This document shows positions 32,024 through 41,944 of a DNA stretch of 64,000 bases, in pieces; the first letter of the stretch is position 1, and every line of letters begins with the position of its first letter. The notes below the pieces were generated by a model. That model was given only the letters and a program-made list of their open reading frames with translations. It was not told where the DNA came from and made no database searches. This stretch comes from Escherichia coli (lineage in GTDB: Bacteria; Pseudomonadota; Gammaproteobacteria; Enterobacterales; Enterobacteriaceae). The translations under genes were made by a program, and so were the position numbers. Location: assembly GCF_003334785.1 (NCBI RefSeq), contig NZ_QOWV01000002.1, one strand, 5' to 3'.

Positions 32024-33673
32024 GTGAACTGGCGCAGAATCGTCTGGCTATTGGCGTTGGTTACTCTGCCAACACTTGCGGAGGAGACGCCGTTACAACT
32101 GGTGCTGCGCGGTGCGCAGCACGATCAACTGTATCAGCTGTCGTCATCAGGCGTGACCAAAGTCTCAGCATTACCTGACTCGCTCACCACGCCGTTAGGG
32201 AGTTTGTGGAAACTGTATGTTTACGCCTGGCTGGAGGATACCCATCAACCGGAGCAGCCCTACCAGTGTCGCGGAAACTCCCCGGAAGAGGTTTATTGTT
32301 GTCAGGCTGGGGAGAGCATAACGCGCGATACCGCGCTGGTACGTTCCTGTGGGCTCTATTTTGCGCCGCAGCGGTTGCATATTGGCGCAGATGTGTGGGG
32401 GCAATACTGGCAACAGCGTCAGGCACCTGCGTGGTTAGCGTCTCTGACTACGCTGAAGCCAGAAACCTCGGTAACGGTTAAATCGCTGCTTGATTCATTA
32501 GCGACGTTACCCGCGCAAAACAAAGCTCAGGAAGTCTTACTGGATGTGGTGCTGGACGAGGCGAAAATCGGTGTCGCATCCATGCTCGGTAGTCGGGTAC
32601 GGGTGAAAACCTGGAGCTGGTTTGCCGATGATAAACAGGAAATCCGTCAGGGTGGTTTTGCTGGCTGGTTAACCGATGGTACACCGCTGTGGGTTACTGG
32701 CAGTGGCACCAGCAAAACGGTACTAACCCGTTATGCGACGGTGCTTAATCGGGTTTTGCCAGTGCCGACGCAGGTTGCCAGTGGGCAATGTGTAGAGGTG
32801 GAGCTGTTTGCCCGCTATCCGCTGAAGAAAATCACAGCGGAAAAGAGTACGACGGCAGTAAATCCCGGCGTACTTAATGGGCGCTATCGTGTGACGTTTA
32901 CTAATGGTAACCACATTACGTTTGTCAGCCACGGTGAGACGACCTTACTGAGCGAAAAGGGCAAACTGAAATTGCAGTCGCATCTCGATCGTGAAGAGTA
33001 CGTTGCCAGAGTTCTGGATCGCGAGGCGAAAAGTACGCCCCCTGAGGCAGCGAAAGCCATGACCGTGGCGATTCGCACTTTTTTACAGCAAAACGCCAAT
33101 CGGGAAGGCGATTGCCTGACCATCCCCGACAGCAGCGCCACGCAGCGTGTTTCTGCTTCGCCAGCGACCACGGGGGCGCGAACGATGACCGCCTGGACGC
33201 AGGATCTCATCTATGCAGGCGATCCGGTTCATTATCATGGCAGTCGCGCTACCGAAGGGACACTTTTCTGGCGGCAAGCCACGGCCCAGGCGGGGCAGGG
33301 AGAGCGTTACGATCAGATACTCGCGTTTGCTTATCCCGACAACAGTCTTAGCCGCTGGGGAGCGCCACGCTCAACCTGCCAGTTATTACCCAAAGCGAAA
33401 GCCTGGCTGGCGAAAAAAATGCCGCAGTGGCGGCGTATATTACAAGCTGAGACGGGGTACAACGAACCAGACGTGTTTGCGGTTTGCCGTTTAGTCTCAG
33501 GTTTCCCCTATACCGATCGGCAGCAGAAACGGCTGTTTATTCGTAACTTCTTTACGCTTCAGGATCGGCTGGATTTAACCCATGAGTATCTGCACCTGGC
33601 CTTTGATGGTTATCCCACCGGGCTTGATGAGAACTATATCGAAACGCTGACCCGACAATTATTAATGGACTAA
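32024..33673 (+). CDS. yfaQ: Uncharacterised exported protein (YfaQ, DUF2300-like) with a C-terminal HExxH motif
   Basis: 549-aa ORF starting with GTG immediately after the yfaS stop; signal peptide MNWRRIVWLLALVTLPTLA; HEYLH encoded at 33581-33595. Confidence 0.8.
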   Translation: MNWRRIVWLLALVTLPTLAEETPLQLVLRGAQHDQLYQLSSSGVTKVSALPDSLTTPLGSLWKLYVYAWLEDTHQPEQPYQCRGNSPEEVYCCQAGESITRDTALVRSCGLYFAPQRLHIGADVWGQYWQQRQAPAWLASLTTLKPETSVTVKSLLDSLATLPAQNKAQEVLLDVVLDEAKIGVASMLGSRVRVKTWSWFADDKQEIRQGGFAGWLTDGTPLWVTGSGTSKTVLTRYATVLNRVLPVPTQVASGQCVEVELFARYPLKKITAEKSTTAVNPGVLNGRYRVTFTNGNHITFVSHGETTLLSEKGKLKLQSHLDREEYVARVLDREAKSTPPEAAKAMTVAIRTFLQQNANREGDCLTIPDSSATQRVSASPATTGARTMTAWTQDLIYAGDPVHYHGSRATEGTLFWRQATAQAGQGERYDQILAFAYPDNSLSRWGAPRSTCQLLPKAKAWLAKKMPQWRRILQAETGYNEPDVFAVCRLVSGFPYTDRQQKRLFIRNFFTLQDRLDLTHEYLHLAFDGYPTGLDENYIETLTRQLLMD

Positions 33674-33677
33674 TGCT

Positions 33678-34454
33678 ATGCGAAAGATTTTTCTTCCGTT
33701 GTTACTGGTGGCGCTTTCGCCTGTCGCTCACAGTGAAGGTGTGCAGGAAGTCGAGATTGATGCACCGCTCTCAGGCTGGCATCCGGCAGAGGGCGAAGAT
33801 GCCAGTTTTTCACAATCGATCAATTACCCGGCGTCGTCCGTCAACATGGCAGATGATCAAAATATCTCAGCGCAGATCCGCGGCAAAATAAAGAATTATG
33901 CTGCGGCGGGTAAAGTTCAGCAGGGCCGGCTGGTGGTCAACGGTGCCAGTATGCCGCAGAGAATTGAATCCGATGGTTCATTTGCACGCCCTTATATTTT
34001 CACTGAAGGCAGCAACAGCGTGCAGGTCATCAGCCCGGATGGGCAAAGCCGACAAAAAATGCAGTTTTACTCAACGCCGGGTACAGGAACGATTCGTGCA
34101 CGTTTACGGCTGGTTCTCTCGTGGGATACGGACAATACCGACCTCGACCTTCACGTTGTTACGCCCGATGGCGAACACGCCTGGTACGGTAACACCGTGC
34201 TGAAAAACAGTGGTGCACTGGATATGGATGTCACGACGGGGTACGGACCCGAGATTTTCGCCATGCCCGCGCCAATTCACGGGCGCTATCAGGTGTATAT
34301 CAACTACTATGGTGGGCGCAGCGAAACGGAATTAACCACCGCCCAACTGACGCTGATCACCGATGAAGGATCGGTCAATGAGAAACAGGAAACATTTATT
34401 GTACCGATGCGTAATGCTGGCGAGCTGACGCTGGTGAAAAGTTTTGACTGGTGA
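33678..34454 (+). CDS. yfaP: Uncharacterised exported protein (YfaP, DUF2135-like)
   Basis: 258-aa ORF with signal peptide MRKIFLPLLLVALSPVAHS; last gene of the operon. Confidence 0.8.
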   Translation: MRKIFLPLLLVALSPVAHSEGVQEVEIDAPLSGWHPAEGEDASFSQSINYPASSVNMADDQNISAQIRGKIKNYAAAGKVQQGRLVVNGASMPQRIESDGSFARPYIFTEGSNSVQVISPDGQSRQKMQFYSTPGTGTIRARLRLVLSWDTDNTDLDLHVVTPDGEHAWYGNTVLKNSGALDMDVTTGYGPEIFAMPAPIHGRYQVYINYYGGRSETELTTAQLTLITDEGSVNEKQETFIVPMRNAGELTLVKSFDW

Positions 34455-34487
34455 TTAATGGGGTTACCTTCGCCGTCGATGTTCAAG

Positions 34488-34524
34488 AAAACACCCGATA
34501 ACTTTCGCTATCGGGTGTTTTTAT
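34488..34524. terminator. Bidirectional rho-independent terminator between convergent yfaP and atoB
   Basis: aaaacacccgata-actttcgc-tatcgggtgtttttat: perfect stem flanked by A-run and T-run. Confidence 0.6.
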
Positions 34525-34527
34525 TGA

Positions 34528-35712
34528 TTAATTCAACCGTTCAATCACCATCGCAATTCCCTGACCGCCGCCAATGCACAGTGTTGCCAGCCCCAGCGTT
34601 TTATCGCGTGCCTGCATGGCATGTAATAGTGTGACCAGAATACGAGCACCACTGGCACCGATAGGATGCCCGAGCGCGATGGCCCCGCCGTTGACATTCA
34701 CTTTCTCAGAATCAAAGCCCAGGTTTTTCCCAACGGCAAGGAACTGTGCAGCAAATGCTTCATTAGCCTCAATGAGATCAATATCCGCCAGTTGCAGCCC
34801 CGCCAGTTGTAACGCTTTTTGCGTGGCAGGTACTGGCCCCATACCCATCAATGCGGGGGGCACGCCACCGCTGGCATAACTTTTAATGCGAGCCAGGGGG
34901 GTAAGGCCTGCTGCCAGCGCCGCAGATTCTTCCATAATCACCAGAGCGGCAGCACCGTCGTTAATACCAGACGCGTTCCCAGCGGTGACTGTTCCTGCTT
35001 TATCGAAGGCCGGGCGCAATGCACCTAACGCTTCAGCCGTTGAATTCGCTTTCGGGAATTCGTCTTGACTGAAGACGAAGGTTTTCTTTCGAGTGACAAC
35101 ATTTACCGGGACGATTTCGGCTGTAAAAGCACCGGACTCAATTGCGGCTGCCGCTTTACGCTGTGAATGTAGCGCCAGTTCATCCTGCATTTCACGGGTA
35201 ATTCCGTACTCTTTAGCCACGTTTTCGGCGGTAATCCCCATATGATAACCATGGGTGGCGCACATCAGGCCATCGCGCAGGATTACGTCATAAACCTGTC
35301 CGTCTCCAAGACGATAACCAGAGCGTGCTTTTGCATCGAGTAAGTAGGGGGCTAAACTCATATTTTCCATACCCCCCGCCACAATGCTCTGCGCCTGACC
35401 TGCCTGAATGGCCTGGGCGGCAAGCGCCACACTTTTAAGACCCGAACCACATACTTTATTGACCGTGAATCCGCACACCGTTTCTGCCAGCCCGCTTTTT
35501 AACAGTGCCTGACGCGCCGGATTTTGCCCCAGCCCGGCTTGTAACACGTTACCCATAATCACTTCATCAACGTGTTGTGAATCGATTTTTGCACGTTCAA
35601 TGGCGGCTTTAATTACTGTCGCCCCCAGGTCGATGGCGCTGGTGGAAGCGAGTGAACCGTTAAAACTACCGATAGCAGTACGTACCGCACTGACGATGAC
35701 ACAATTTTTCAT
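34528..35712 (-). CDS. atoB: Acetyl-CoA acetyltransferase (thiolase II)
   Basis: 394-aa ORF recognised as AtoB; thiolase signature at the C-terminus. Confidence 0.95.
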   Translation of the reverse strand: MKNCVIVSAVRTAIGSFNGSLASTSAIDLGATVIKAAIERAKIDSQHVDEVIMGNVLQAGLGQNPARQALLKSGLAETVCGFTVNKVCGSGLKSVALAAQAIQAGQAQSIVAGGMENMSLAPYLLDAKARSGYRLGDGQVYDVILRDGLMCATHGYHMGITAENVAKEYGITREMQDELALHSQRKAAAAIESGAFTAEIVPVNVVTRKKTFVFSQDEFPKANSTAEALGALRPAFDKAGTVTAGNASGINDGAAALVIMEESAALAAGLTPLARIKSYASGGVPPALMGMGPVPATQKALQLAGLQLADIDLIEANEAFAAQFLAVGKNLGFDSEKVNVNGGAIALGHPIGASGARILVTLLHAMQARDKTLGLATLCIGGGQGIAMVIERLN

Positions 35713-35742
35713 TTTATATTCCTTCTGTTTGTAGGGGTGCCG

Positions 35743-37065
35743 TCAGAACAGCGTTAAACCAATGACGAAAATGACACCGGAGAAGAGCAGGGCAGTGATG
35801 CAGTAGCCCATGATGTCGCGGACACCGAGTCCGGCGATTGCCAGTGCTGGCAGCGCCCAGAATGGTTGTGCCATGTTCATCCATTGCTCGCCGTAGGCGA
35901 TCGCCATTACCGATTTACCGAGATCAGCGCCCAGCGCCTGGGCTGCGGGTATCACGAAAGGTCCCTGAATAACCCAGTGACCGCCGCCAGACGGAACGGC
36001 GAAGTTAATCAGTGCAGAACTAAAAAAGGTCATTACCGGGAAGGTGTCTTTGTTCGCAACATTGATGAAGAATTCGGTAATGAGTCCGCCCAGACCGGAA
36101 TGCTCCATCATCAGTTGGATCCCAGCGTAGAAGGGGAATTGCACCAGAATACCGGCAGTACTGCGTGCTGCCGCGCTGATAGCACGCATATAAGCCATTG
36201 GCGTTTTATGTAGCAGCAGACCCGCAATCATAAACATCAGGTTGACGGTATTGATGGTGATGTTGAAGCCATGTTCGCTGAAGTACATCGCAAGGTAAGC
36301 GATACCGAGTGCGCCGATGATCAACGTCAGAATGCGGCTTTCTTCCAGTCGCTCGGATGGTGGGGCATCTTTCGGTAGCTGCTTTTGAAAATCAGCCTCT
36401 TCCATGAGTAGTTTTGGATCGATACTCACCACGTCAGACGGTTTTGGCATCATCATGCGGGTGATAAATGGCATCACCACAATCAACGCCACAGTGATGA
36501 AAATGTTAAAACCACTGAACAGAGTATCGCCCACCGGGATCAGCCCGGCGATATGCTCAACCGGGTTGCCCGGTGTTGCAGCCAACAGAGGCATTGATCC
36601 AGAGAAGCCGCCACCCCAGGTGAGAAAACCAATGTAGGCGCAGGCAATGAGCAACGGATAATCAGAACCGGGGACTCGCCGGGCGACTTCACGGGCAAAC
36701 ATTGCGCCGACAACCAAACCAAATCCCCAGTTGATGACACAAGCGACTGAACCGAAGAAAGTGACCAGCATGACGCCCTGTACGGGCGTCTTTGCGGCGG
36801 AGGCGGCAGTACGCAGCAAACTTTTCACCGGAGCAGAGCTGGCAAGGGCATGACCGGTAACGATGATAAGCGCCATCTGCATACCAAACGCCAGCAAGTT
36901 CCAGAAACCGTCACCCCACATTTTCACCATGCTGATCGGCGTTTGTGGTGTTAACCAAAGCGCGATCACGAATGTTAGCAATGTCAGCAACATGGCAAAG
37001 ATCAGTGGATCGGGAAGCCACCGGCTGACAAAACGCGTCATAAAACGCGATATGCGACCAATCAT
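35743..37065 (-). CDS. atoE: Short-chain fatty acid transporter
   Basis: 440-aa polytopic membrane protein between atoA and atoB. Confidence 0.9.
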   Translation of the reverse strand: MIGRISRFMTRFVSRWLPDPLIFAMLLTLLTFVIALWLTPQTPISMVKMWGDGFWNLLAFGMQMALIIVTGHALASSAPVKSLLRTAASAAKTPVQGVMLVTFFGSVACVINWGFGLVVGAMFAREVARRVPGSDYPLLIACAYIGFLTWGGGFSGSMPLLAATPGNPVEHIAGLIPVGDTLFSGFNIFITVALIVVMPFITRMMMPKPSDVVSIDPKLLMEEADFQKQLPKDAPPSERLEESRILTLIIGALGIAYLAMYFSEHGFNITINTVNLMFMIAGLLLHKTPMAYMRAISAAARSTAGILVQFPFYAGIQLMMEHSGLGGLITEFFINVANKDTFPVMTFFSSALINFAVPSGGGHWVIQGPFVIPAAQALGADLGKSVMAIAYGEQWMNMAQPFWALPALAIAGLGVRDIMGYCITALLFSGVIFVIGLTLF

Positions 37066-37712
37066 AAATCACCCCGTTGCGTATTCAGATCGGCGGCGAC
37101 TTCAAACCGAGCTTCTGTTTTGGCACGCACGGTGGCTAAATCACACCCGTCGGCAATTTCGGTGAGCCACATTTTGCCGTCAATAAAACGAAAGACAGCC
37201 AGTTCAGTAACCAGCATATGCACCGCATGTTGCGCAGTGAGTGGCATGGTGCAGCGGCGCAAAATTTTTGCTGAACCATCTTTGGCGCAATGTTCCATGG
37301 CGATGATCACTTTGCGCGACCCGGTCACCAGATCCATCGCGCCACCCATACCGGGCACCATTTTCCCAGGCACTACCCAGTTCGCGAGGTTTGCTTCTTC
37401 GTCTACTTGCAAACCGCCGAGCACGCAGGCATCAATATGACCGCCACGGATTAGCGCAAATGACATGGCGCTATCAAACATGGCTGCACCGGGTAAAACA
37501 CCGCACGGTTGCCCGCCAGCGTTCACCAGATCTGGATGCGCTGTCGTGACCGGGCCTAAACCGAGGAAGCCGTTTTCCGATTGCAGAGTGATATGAATAC
37601 CCTCCGGTAAATAATTGGCGACCATTGTGGGTAAACCGATCCCTAAGTTAACGATGTCACCATCACGAAGCTCTTGCGCCACACGGCGCGCAATACGTTG
37701 TTTCGCATCCAT
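37062..37712 (-). CDS. atoA: Acetate CoA-transferase subunit beta
   Basis: 216-aa ORF; overlaps the atoE start by 4 nt. Confidence 0.93.
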   Translation of the reverse strand: MDAKQRIARRVAQELRDGDIVNLGIGLPTMVANYLPEGIHITLQSENGFLGLGPVTTAHPDLVNAGGQPCGVLPGAAMFDSAMSFALIRGGHIDACVLGGLQVDEEANLANWVVPGKMVPGMGGAMDLVTGSRKVIIAMEHCAKDGSAKILRRCTMPLTAQHAVHMLVTELAVFRFIDGKMWLTEIADGCDLATVRAKTEARFEVAADLNTQRGDL

Positions 37713-38374
37713 TATTTGCTCTCCTGTGAAACGATGATGTGGTCGATAACGGCACCAGGGGTGACAATATGGTCAGGTTGCAGCTCGCCGGTTTCGACCA
37801 GTTCATCTGGCTCTACCAGCGTGATATCAGCCGCAAGGGCTATCAGGGGGTTAAAGTTGCGGGCGCTAAGTTGATAGGTCAGGTTGCCAAGTGTGTCGCA
37901 ACGATGAGCGCGAATTAGCGCCAGGTCGGCGCGCAGTGGGCGTTCGAGCAGCCAGGTTTTACCGTCGAGTGTCAGTGTCTGTTTGCCTTCCTCTACGACG
38001 GTGCCGACACCCGTTGGGGTGAGAAAACCACCAAGTCCAGCTCCACCACAGCGAATTTGCTCGATTAGCGTACCTTGCGGCACCAGAACGACGTCCATCT
38101 CACCAGATATCATGCGCCGACCTGTTTCCGGGTTGGTGCCGATATGTGAAGCAATCACTTTGCGGACTCGACCATTGACGATGAGCGGACCGATGCCGGT
38201 ATCAACAAACGCGGTATCATTGGCTATCAATGTCAGGTCGCGAACACCAGATTCCAGTAATGCTTCAACCAGGCGGGATGGAGTGCCAATCCCCATAAAT
38301 CCGCCCACCATGATGGTCATGCCGTCACGAAAGAAGCCGGTGGCGTCTTGTAATGTCATCAATTTTGTTTTCAT
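37712..38374 (-). CDS. atoD: Acetate CoA-transferase subunit alpha
   Basis: 220-aa ORF; 1-nt overlap with atoA. Confidence 0.93.
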   Translation of the reverse strand: MKTKLMTLQDATGFFRDGMTIMVGGFMGIGTPSRLVEALLESGVRDLTLIANDTAFVDTGIGPLIVNGRVRKVIASHIGTNPETGRRMISGEMDVVLVPQGTLIEQIRCGGAGLGGFLTPTGVGTVVEEGKQTLTLDGKTWLLERPLRADLALIRAHRCDTLGNLTYQLSARNFNPLIALAADITLVEPDELVETGELQPDHIVTPGAVIDHIIVSQESK

Positions 38375-38420
38375 TTTTTATCCCTCTTGCATACACCGTT
38401 GTGGGTACAGTCAGGCAATA

Positions 38421-38435
38421 GCAAGGGGAGTGCCA
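38421..38435 (-). promoter_or_regulatory. Sigma54 (-24/-12) promoter of atoDAEB
   Basis: The minus strand reads TGGCAC-tcccc-TTGC (complement of gcaaggggagtgcca), about 50-60 bp upstream of the atoD ATG. Confidence 0.6.
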
Positions 38436-38517
38436 GAATGAGATTATTGGATTTAGTTATTTAACTAATTGAATATGAAGGGATAAATTGGATGGGGATT
38501 TATAAGGAGAATGAGCG

Positions 38518-38558
38518 GCTATGCAGAAAATTGCGCACTGTGCAAATTTCTGCATAGC
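38518..38558. promoter_or_regulatory. Enhancer-like palindrome, candidate AtoC binding site
   Basis: GCTATGCAGAAA (38518-38529) … TTTCTGCATAGC (38547-38558), a perfect 12-bp inverted repeat around a palindromic core (ttgcgcactgtgcaa), about 100 bp upstream of the sigma54 promoter. Confidence 0.55.
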
Positions 38559-38569
38559 AAGTTTTGGTG

Positions 38570-39955
38570 TTATACATCCGCCGGATCGATACCGTATTCC
38601 TGGAGTTTATACATCAATGCACGGCGACTGATGCCCAGCATTAAAGCAGTGCGGGTTCGGTTTCCTTCTTGTTGTTCCAGCACTTCCATAATGATGCGTT
38701 TTTCGACGCGTTTAATTTCCTCTTTTAAATTACGCTCACCGACAGGGGCTGTTTTTACCTCGCCAGCATTACAGACTGGCTGACGAATCTGTGGCGGAAG
38801 ATCCTCAGAAAAAATGATCGGGCCTGAATTCATCACGACGGCGCGTTCAATAACGTTGGAAAGCTCTCGAATATTTCCCGGCCATGACCAGGCGGTAAGC
38901 AGTGACATTGCCATCGGATCGATGTCGATAATATCGCGCTGATTCTCACTACTGAATTTTTGCAAAAAGTGATTAGCTAACAGGGAAATATCTTCCCGGC
39001 GATCGCGCAGAGGCGGCAGTATTAAATGAATAACGTTAAGGCGATAAAAGAGATCTTCACGGAAGGTGCCTTCTTTTACCATTGCCTGCAAGTCGCGGTT
39101 GGTGGCAGCAATGATGCGGATATCAACTTTTATGGTCTGATGGCCGCCAATCCGTTCAAATTCCCGTTCCTGTAGAATGCGTAGTAATTTGGCTTGTAGT
39201 ACCAGCGGCATTTCGCCAATTTCGTCGAGGAGCAGAGTACCTTCGTTGGCTCGTTCAAATAATCCCTGACGCAAGGTTTGTGCACCAGTAAATGCACCTT
39301 TTTCATGACCAAACAGTTCACTTTCGAGCAACGATTCCGGCAGCGCCGCGCAGTTGACTTTAATGAACGGCCCCTTTGCCCGCCGCGAATTGTAGTGAAT
39401 CGCTCTGGCAATCAACTCTTTCCCGGTGCCGCTTTCACCGCTAATCAAGACGCTGGCCTGAGAAAGGGCAATTTTGGCGGTGTCTTTGCAGATGTCCATC
39501 ATCGCCGGGCTGTTGGTGAGAATGTGCCCCCATTGCCAGCTGGTGCTCAGTGCCTGGTGCAGATGACGGATCTCTTTTTTCATTGACTGGAGTTGTAAAG
39601 CGCGCTGAACGATTAAATTCAACTCATCGAGATCAAACGGTTTAATAACATAGTCGAAGGCTCCGCAGCGTAGCGCTTCGACGGCGGTTTCCACTTCCGC
39701 ATAGGCCGTCATCAGAATAACGGGTGTCCGGGTCTCATGGCTGCGCATCTCCTTTAGTGCCTTGATGCCGTCCATCTCTGGCATGCGGATATCCATCAAC
39801 ACCACATCAGGGTGAATATCGGCAAACAGGTGTAATGCTGTGCGTCCGTTGTTCGCACAATGTGTTTCGAATCCTTGTAGTGCAAAAGCGGTGCTCAGCA
39901 TACGGCGAACATTATCTTCATCATCCACAATAAGGATGCGATTAATAGCAGTCAT
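38570..39955 (-). CDS. atoC: Sigma54-dependent response regulator (NtrC family)
   Basis: 461-aa ORF with receiver domain, AAA+ sigma54-activation domain (GESGTGKE) and C-terminal HTH. Confidence 0.95.
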   Translation of the reverse strand: MTAINRILIVDDEDNVRRMLSTAFALQGFETHCANNGRTALHLFADIHPDVVLMDIRMPEMDGIKALKEMRSHETRTPVILMTAYAEVETAVEALRCGAFDYVIKPFDLDELNLIVQRALQLQSMKKEIRHLHQALSTSWQWGHILTNSPAMMDICKDTAKIALSQASVLISGESGTGKELIARAIHYNSRRAKGPFIKVNCAALPESLLESELFGHEKGAFTGAQTLRQGLFERANEGTLLLDEIGEMPLVLQAKLLRILQEREFERIGGHQTIKVDIRIIAATNRDLQAMVKEGTFREDLFYRLNVIHLILPPLRDRREDISLLANHFLQKFSSENQRDIIDIDPMAMSLLTAWSWPGNIRELSNVIERAVVMNSGPIIFSEDLPPQIRQPVCNAGEVKTAPVGERNLKEEIKRVEKRIIMEVLEQQEGNRTRTALMLGISRRALMYKLQEYGIDPADV

Positions 39956-41778
39956 ACAGTCTGATTTCCCTGCGGGTTGATCGGTAAAATAAGCGTGAAG
40001 GTTGCGCCGTAGCCCGGCAAACTGGCGACGCGAATATCACCCTGATGGGCATTAATGATGCGTTGACTTAACGCCAGACCAAGCCCGGTTCCTGAGGCTT
40101 TGGTGGTGAAAAAGGGATCGAAGATCTTTTTTTGCAGCGAGAGATCAATGCCACAGCCGTTGTCCTCTATCGAAATGGCCTGTTGTGAGTCGCTGTATTG
40201 CCAGGTTTGAATGCGAATTTTCCCTCGTGCGCTGATAGCCTGGACGGCATTGATCAGGATATTCAGTAGTACCTGTTTGAGCAGTTCACGATCGGCGTTA
40301 ATCGGGCTTAATTCATTATCCAGTTCGCTTATGAAGTCGACCCGCGCTTGTACGCCGGCGGTTTGTACCAGTACCAGAGTTTCTTCAACCAATGCATTGA
40401 GGCTGACTTGTTGCCATTGACTGTGGCGTGGACGTGAAAATTCGAGCAATTGCTGAATAACTTTGTTAATTGAATCGATTTCTTTGAGTACTACGGACAG
40501 ATATTCCTGATGTATTGGGTCACTGGTTTGTTGGCGCAAGATCTGTACATAACCACGAATAGCCGTTAACGGATTACGTACTTCATGCGCGACGCCAGCC
40601 ATCAGCTCACCCAGTGTGGCGAGGCGTTCTGCTTGCGCCATGCGGCGCTGGGTTTCTTTGCGGGCAGTTAAATCAGAGAAAATCACCAAAGCACCTATCA
40701 TTTCACCGTGCGTGTTATGAATACGACTGGTAGTGACACTGAGTTCAATGGTGCGGTCACGACCTGGAAAACTGATCTCCAGCGCCACATGTTCGGTGCC
40801 ATGTTCCAGCGTATCCAGTACTGGACTGTAGAACTGAGTATTGTCGAACAACATGGAGTAAGGCTGCCCTACCAGTTCATGGCGTTGATAGCCAGTGATA
40901 ACTTCTGCTGCTGGGTTCATGGTGGTTACATCACCCTGGCGGTCAATGGCAATGACGCCATCGGCAGCGTTTTCAATAATCAGATCGTTAAGTGTCCGCG
41001 TTTCACGCAGTGCCTGGGCGAGGTTATTAACACTCTGACTGATTTGCCCCATTTCACCGGGCAATTGTGGTAATCGAGTGGGAATATTTTGTGCCAGAGT
41101 CGAGAGGCCATCGGTGATGATATCAATATTGGCGCTCAGGCGACGGGAGAAAAGGACAATCAACAGCAGGCTTATCAGCAAACCAGCGGTGAGCACAATG
41201 ATAATCCTCACATCCATTTTCCAGGCCTGGCGGCGAATATCTTCGGTTAATTCATTGGCCCAGATATAGCCGAGGATTTCACCATTACGCTCAATGGGGA
41301 GCATTGAATTCAAAATATCGCCGCGCACCTGCCTGCCTGAATAAACTAAAGGGGTATTTGTACGCATCACTTCGCGACCAGGGTGATCTGCGGCAATGGT
41401 AACGCCGACATTATTCTGATATAGCGCTGAAGGCGCGTAGGTGATTATCGCATCCAGCATTTTGTTGTAATAACCAGCACCGATGCCAGGGAAGGCGTGA
41501 GTGATATTTTCGGTAATGGGGGCAAGTTCTGCATTTAATGCGCGGATACGCTCCTCACGTGGTAAGTCGATGTAGAGATCATAGCGATCGCCTAGTGCCT
41601 GATTAAGCAGGTTGACCACGGCAGAAAGTTTTTTCTCTTTTTCAGATAAGACTGCTGAACGTCCTTCCGTTTCTACGATATAACCAATAGTAAGCGTTGG
41701 GACAATGACCATCAGGATTGCCATCAGGATCATTTGATTGCGTAAGCGGCGTGGATAAATCCACTTCATATAATGCAT
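39952..41778 (-). CDS. atoS: Sensor histidine kinase AtoS
   Basis: ORF 39952..41790; start set at MHYMKW… for 608 aa; PAS and HisKA/HATPase domains; ATGA overlap with atoC. Confidence 0.9.
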   Translation of the reverse strand: MHYMKWIYPRRLRNQMILMAILMVIVPTLTIGYIVETEGRSAVLSEKEKKLSAVVNLLNQALGDRYDLYIDLPREERIRALNAELAPITENITHAFPGIGAGYYNKMLDAIITYAPSALYQNNVGVTIAADHPGREVMRTNTPLVYSGRQVRGDILNSMLPIERNGEILGYIWANELTEDIRRQAWKMDVRIIIVLTAGLLISLLLIVLFSRRLSANIDIITDGLSTLAQNIPTRLPQLPGEMGQISQSVNNLAQALRETRTLNDLIIENAADGVIAIDRQGDVTTMNPAAEVITGYQRHELVGQPYSMLFDNTQFYSPVLDTLEHGTEHVALEISFPGRDRTIELSVTTSRIHNTHGEMIGALVIFSDLTARKETQRRMAQAERLATLGELMAGVAHEVRNPLTAIRGYVQILRQQTSDPIHQEYLSVVLKEIDSINKVIQQLLEFSRPRHSQWQQVSLNALVEETLVLVQTAGVQARVDFISELDNELSPINADRELLKQVLLNILINAVQAISARGKIRIQTWQYSDSQQAISIEDNGCGIDLSLQKKIFDPFFTTKASGTGLGLALSQRIINAHQGDIRVASLPGYGATFTLILPINPQGNQTV

Positions 41779-41944
41779 GCTGAAATCCACTAGTCTTGTC
41801 CGGTATATGACGATTATCAGAGGTTAAGGTGATGATTTCTCGGCGGTGTATCATATTCCAGAGAAGAGAGAACATTGCGGTAACACGCTTTTACCGCTAC
41901 CTTAACCACACTCCATCGGTCACCTGAGGCGGAGCTTCGCCCCT

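Noticed and set aside
38511-38783. 90-aa ORF between atoC and atoD
   Set aside because: Overlaps the 3' end of atoC on the other strand and the AtoC-type palindrome; no coding features.
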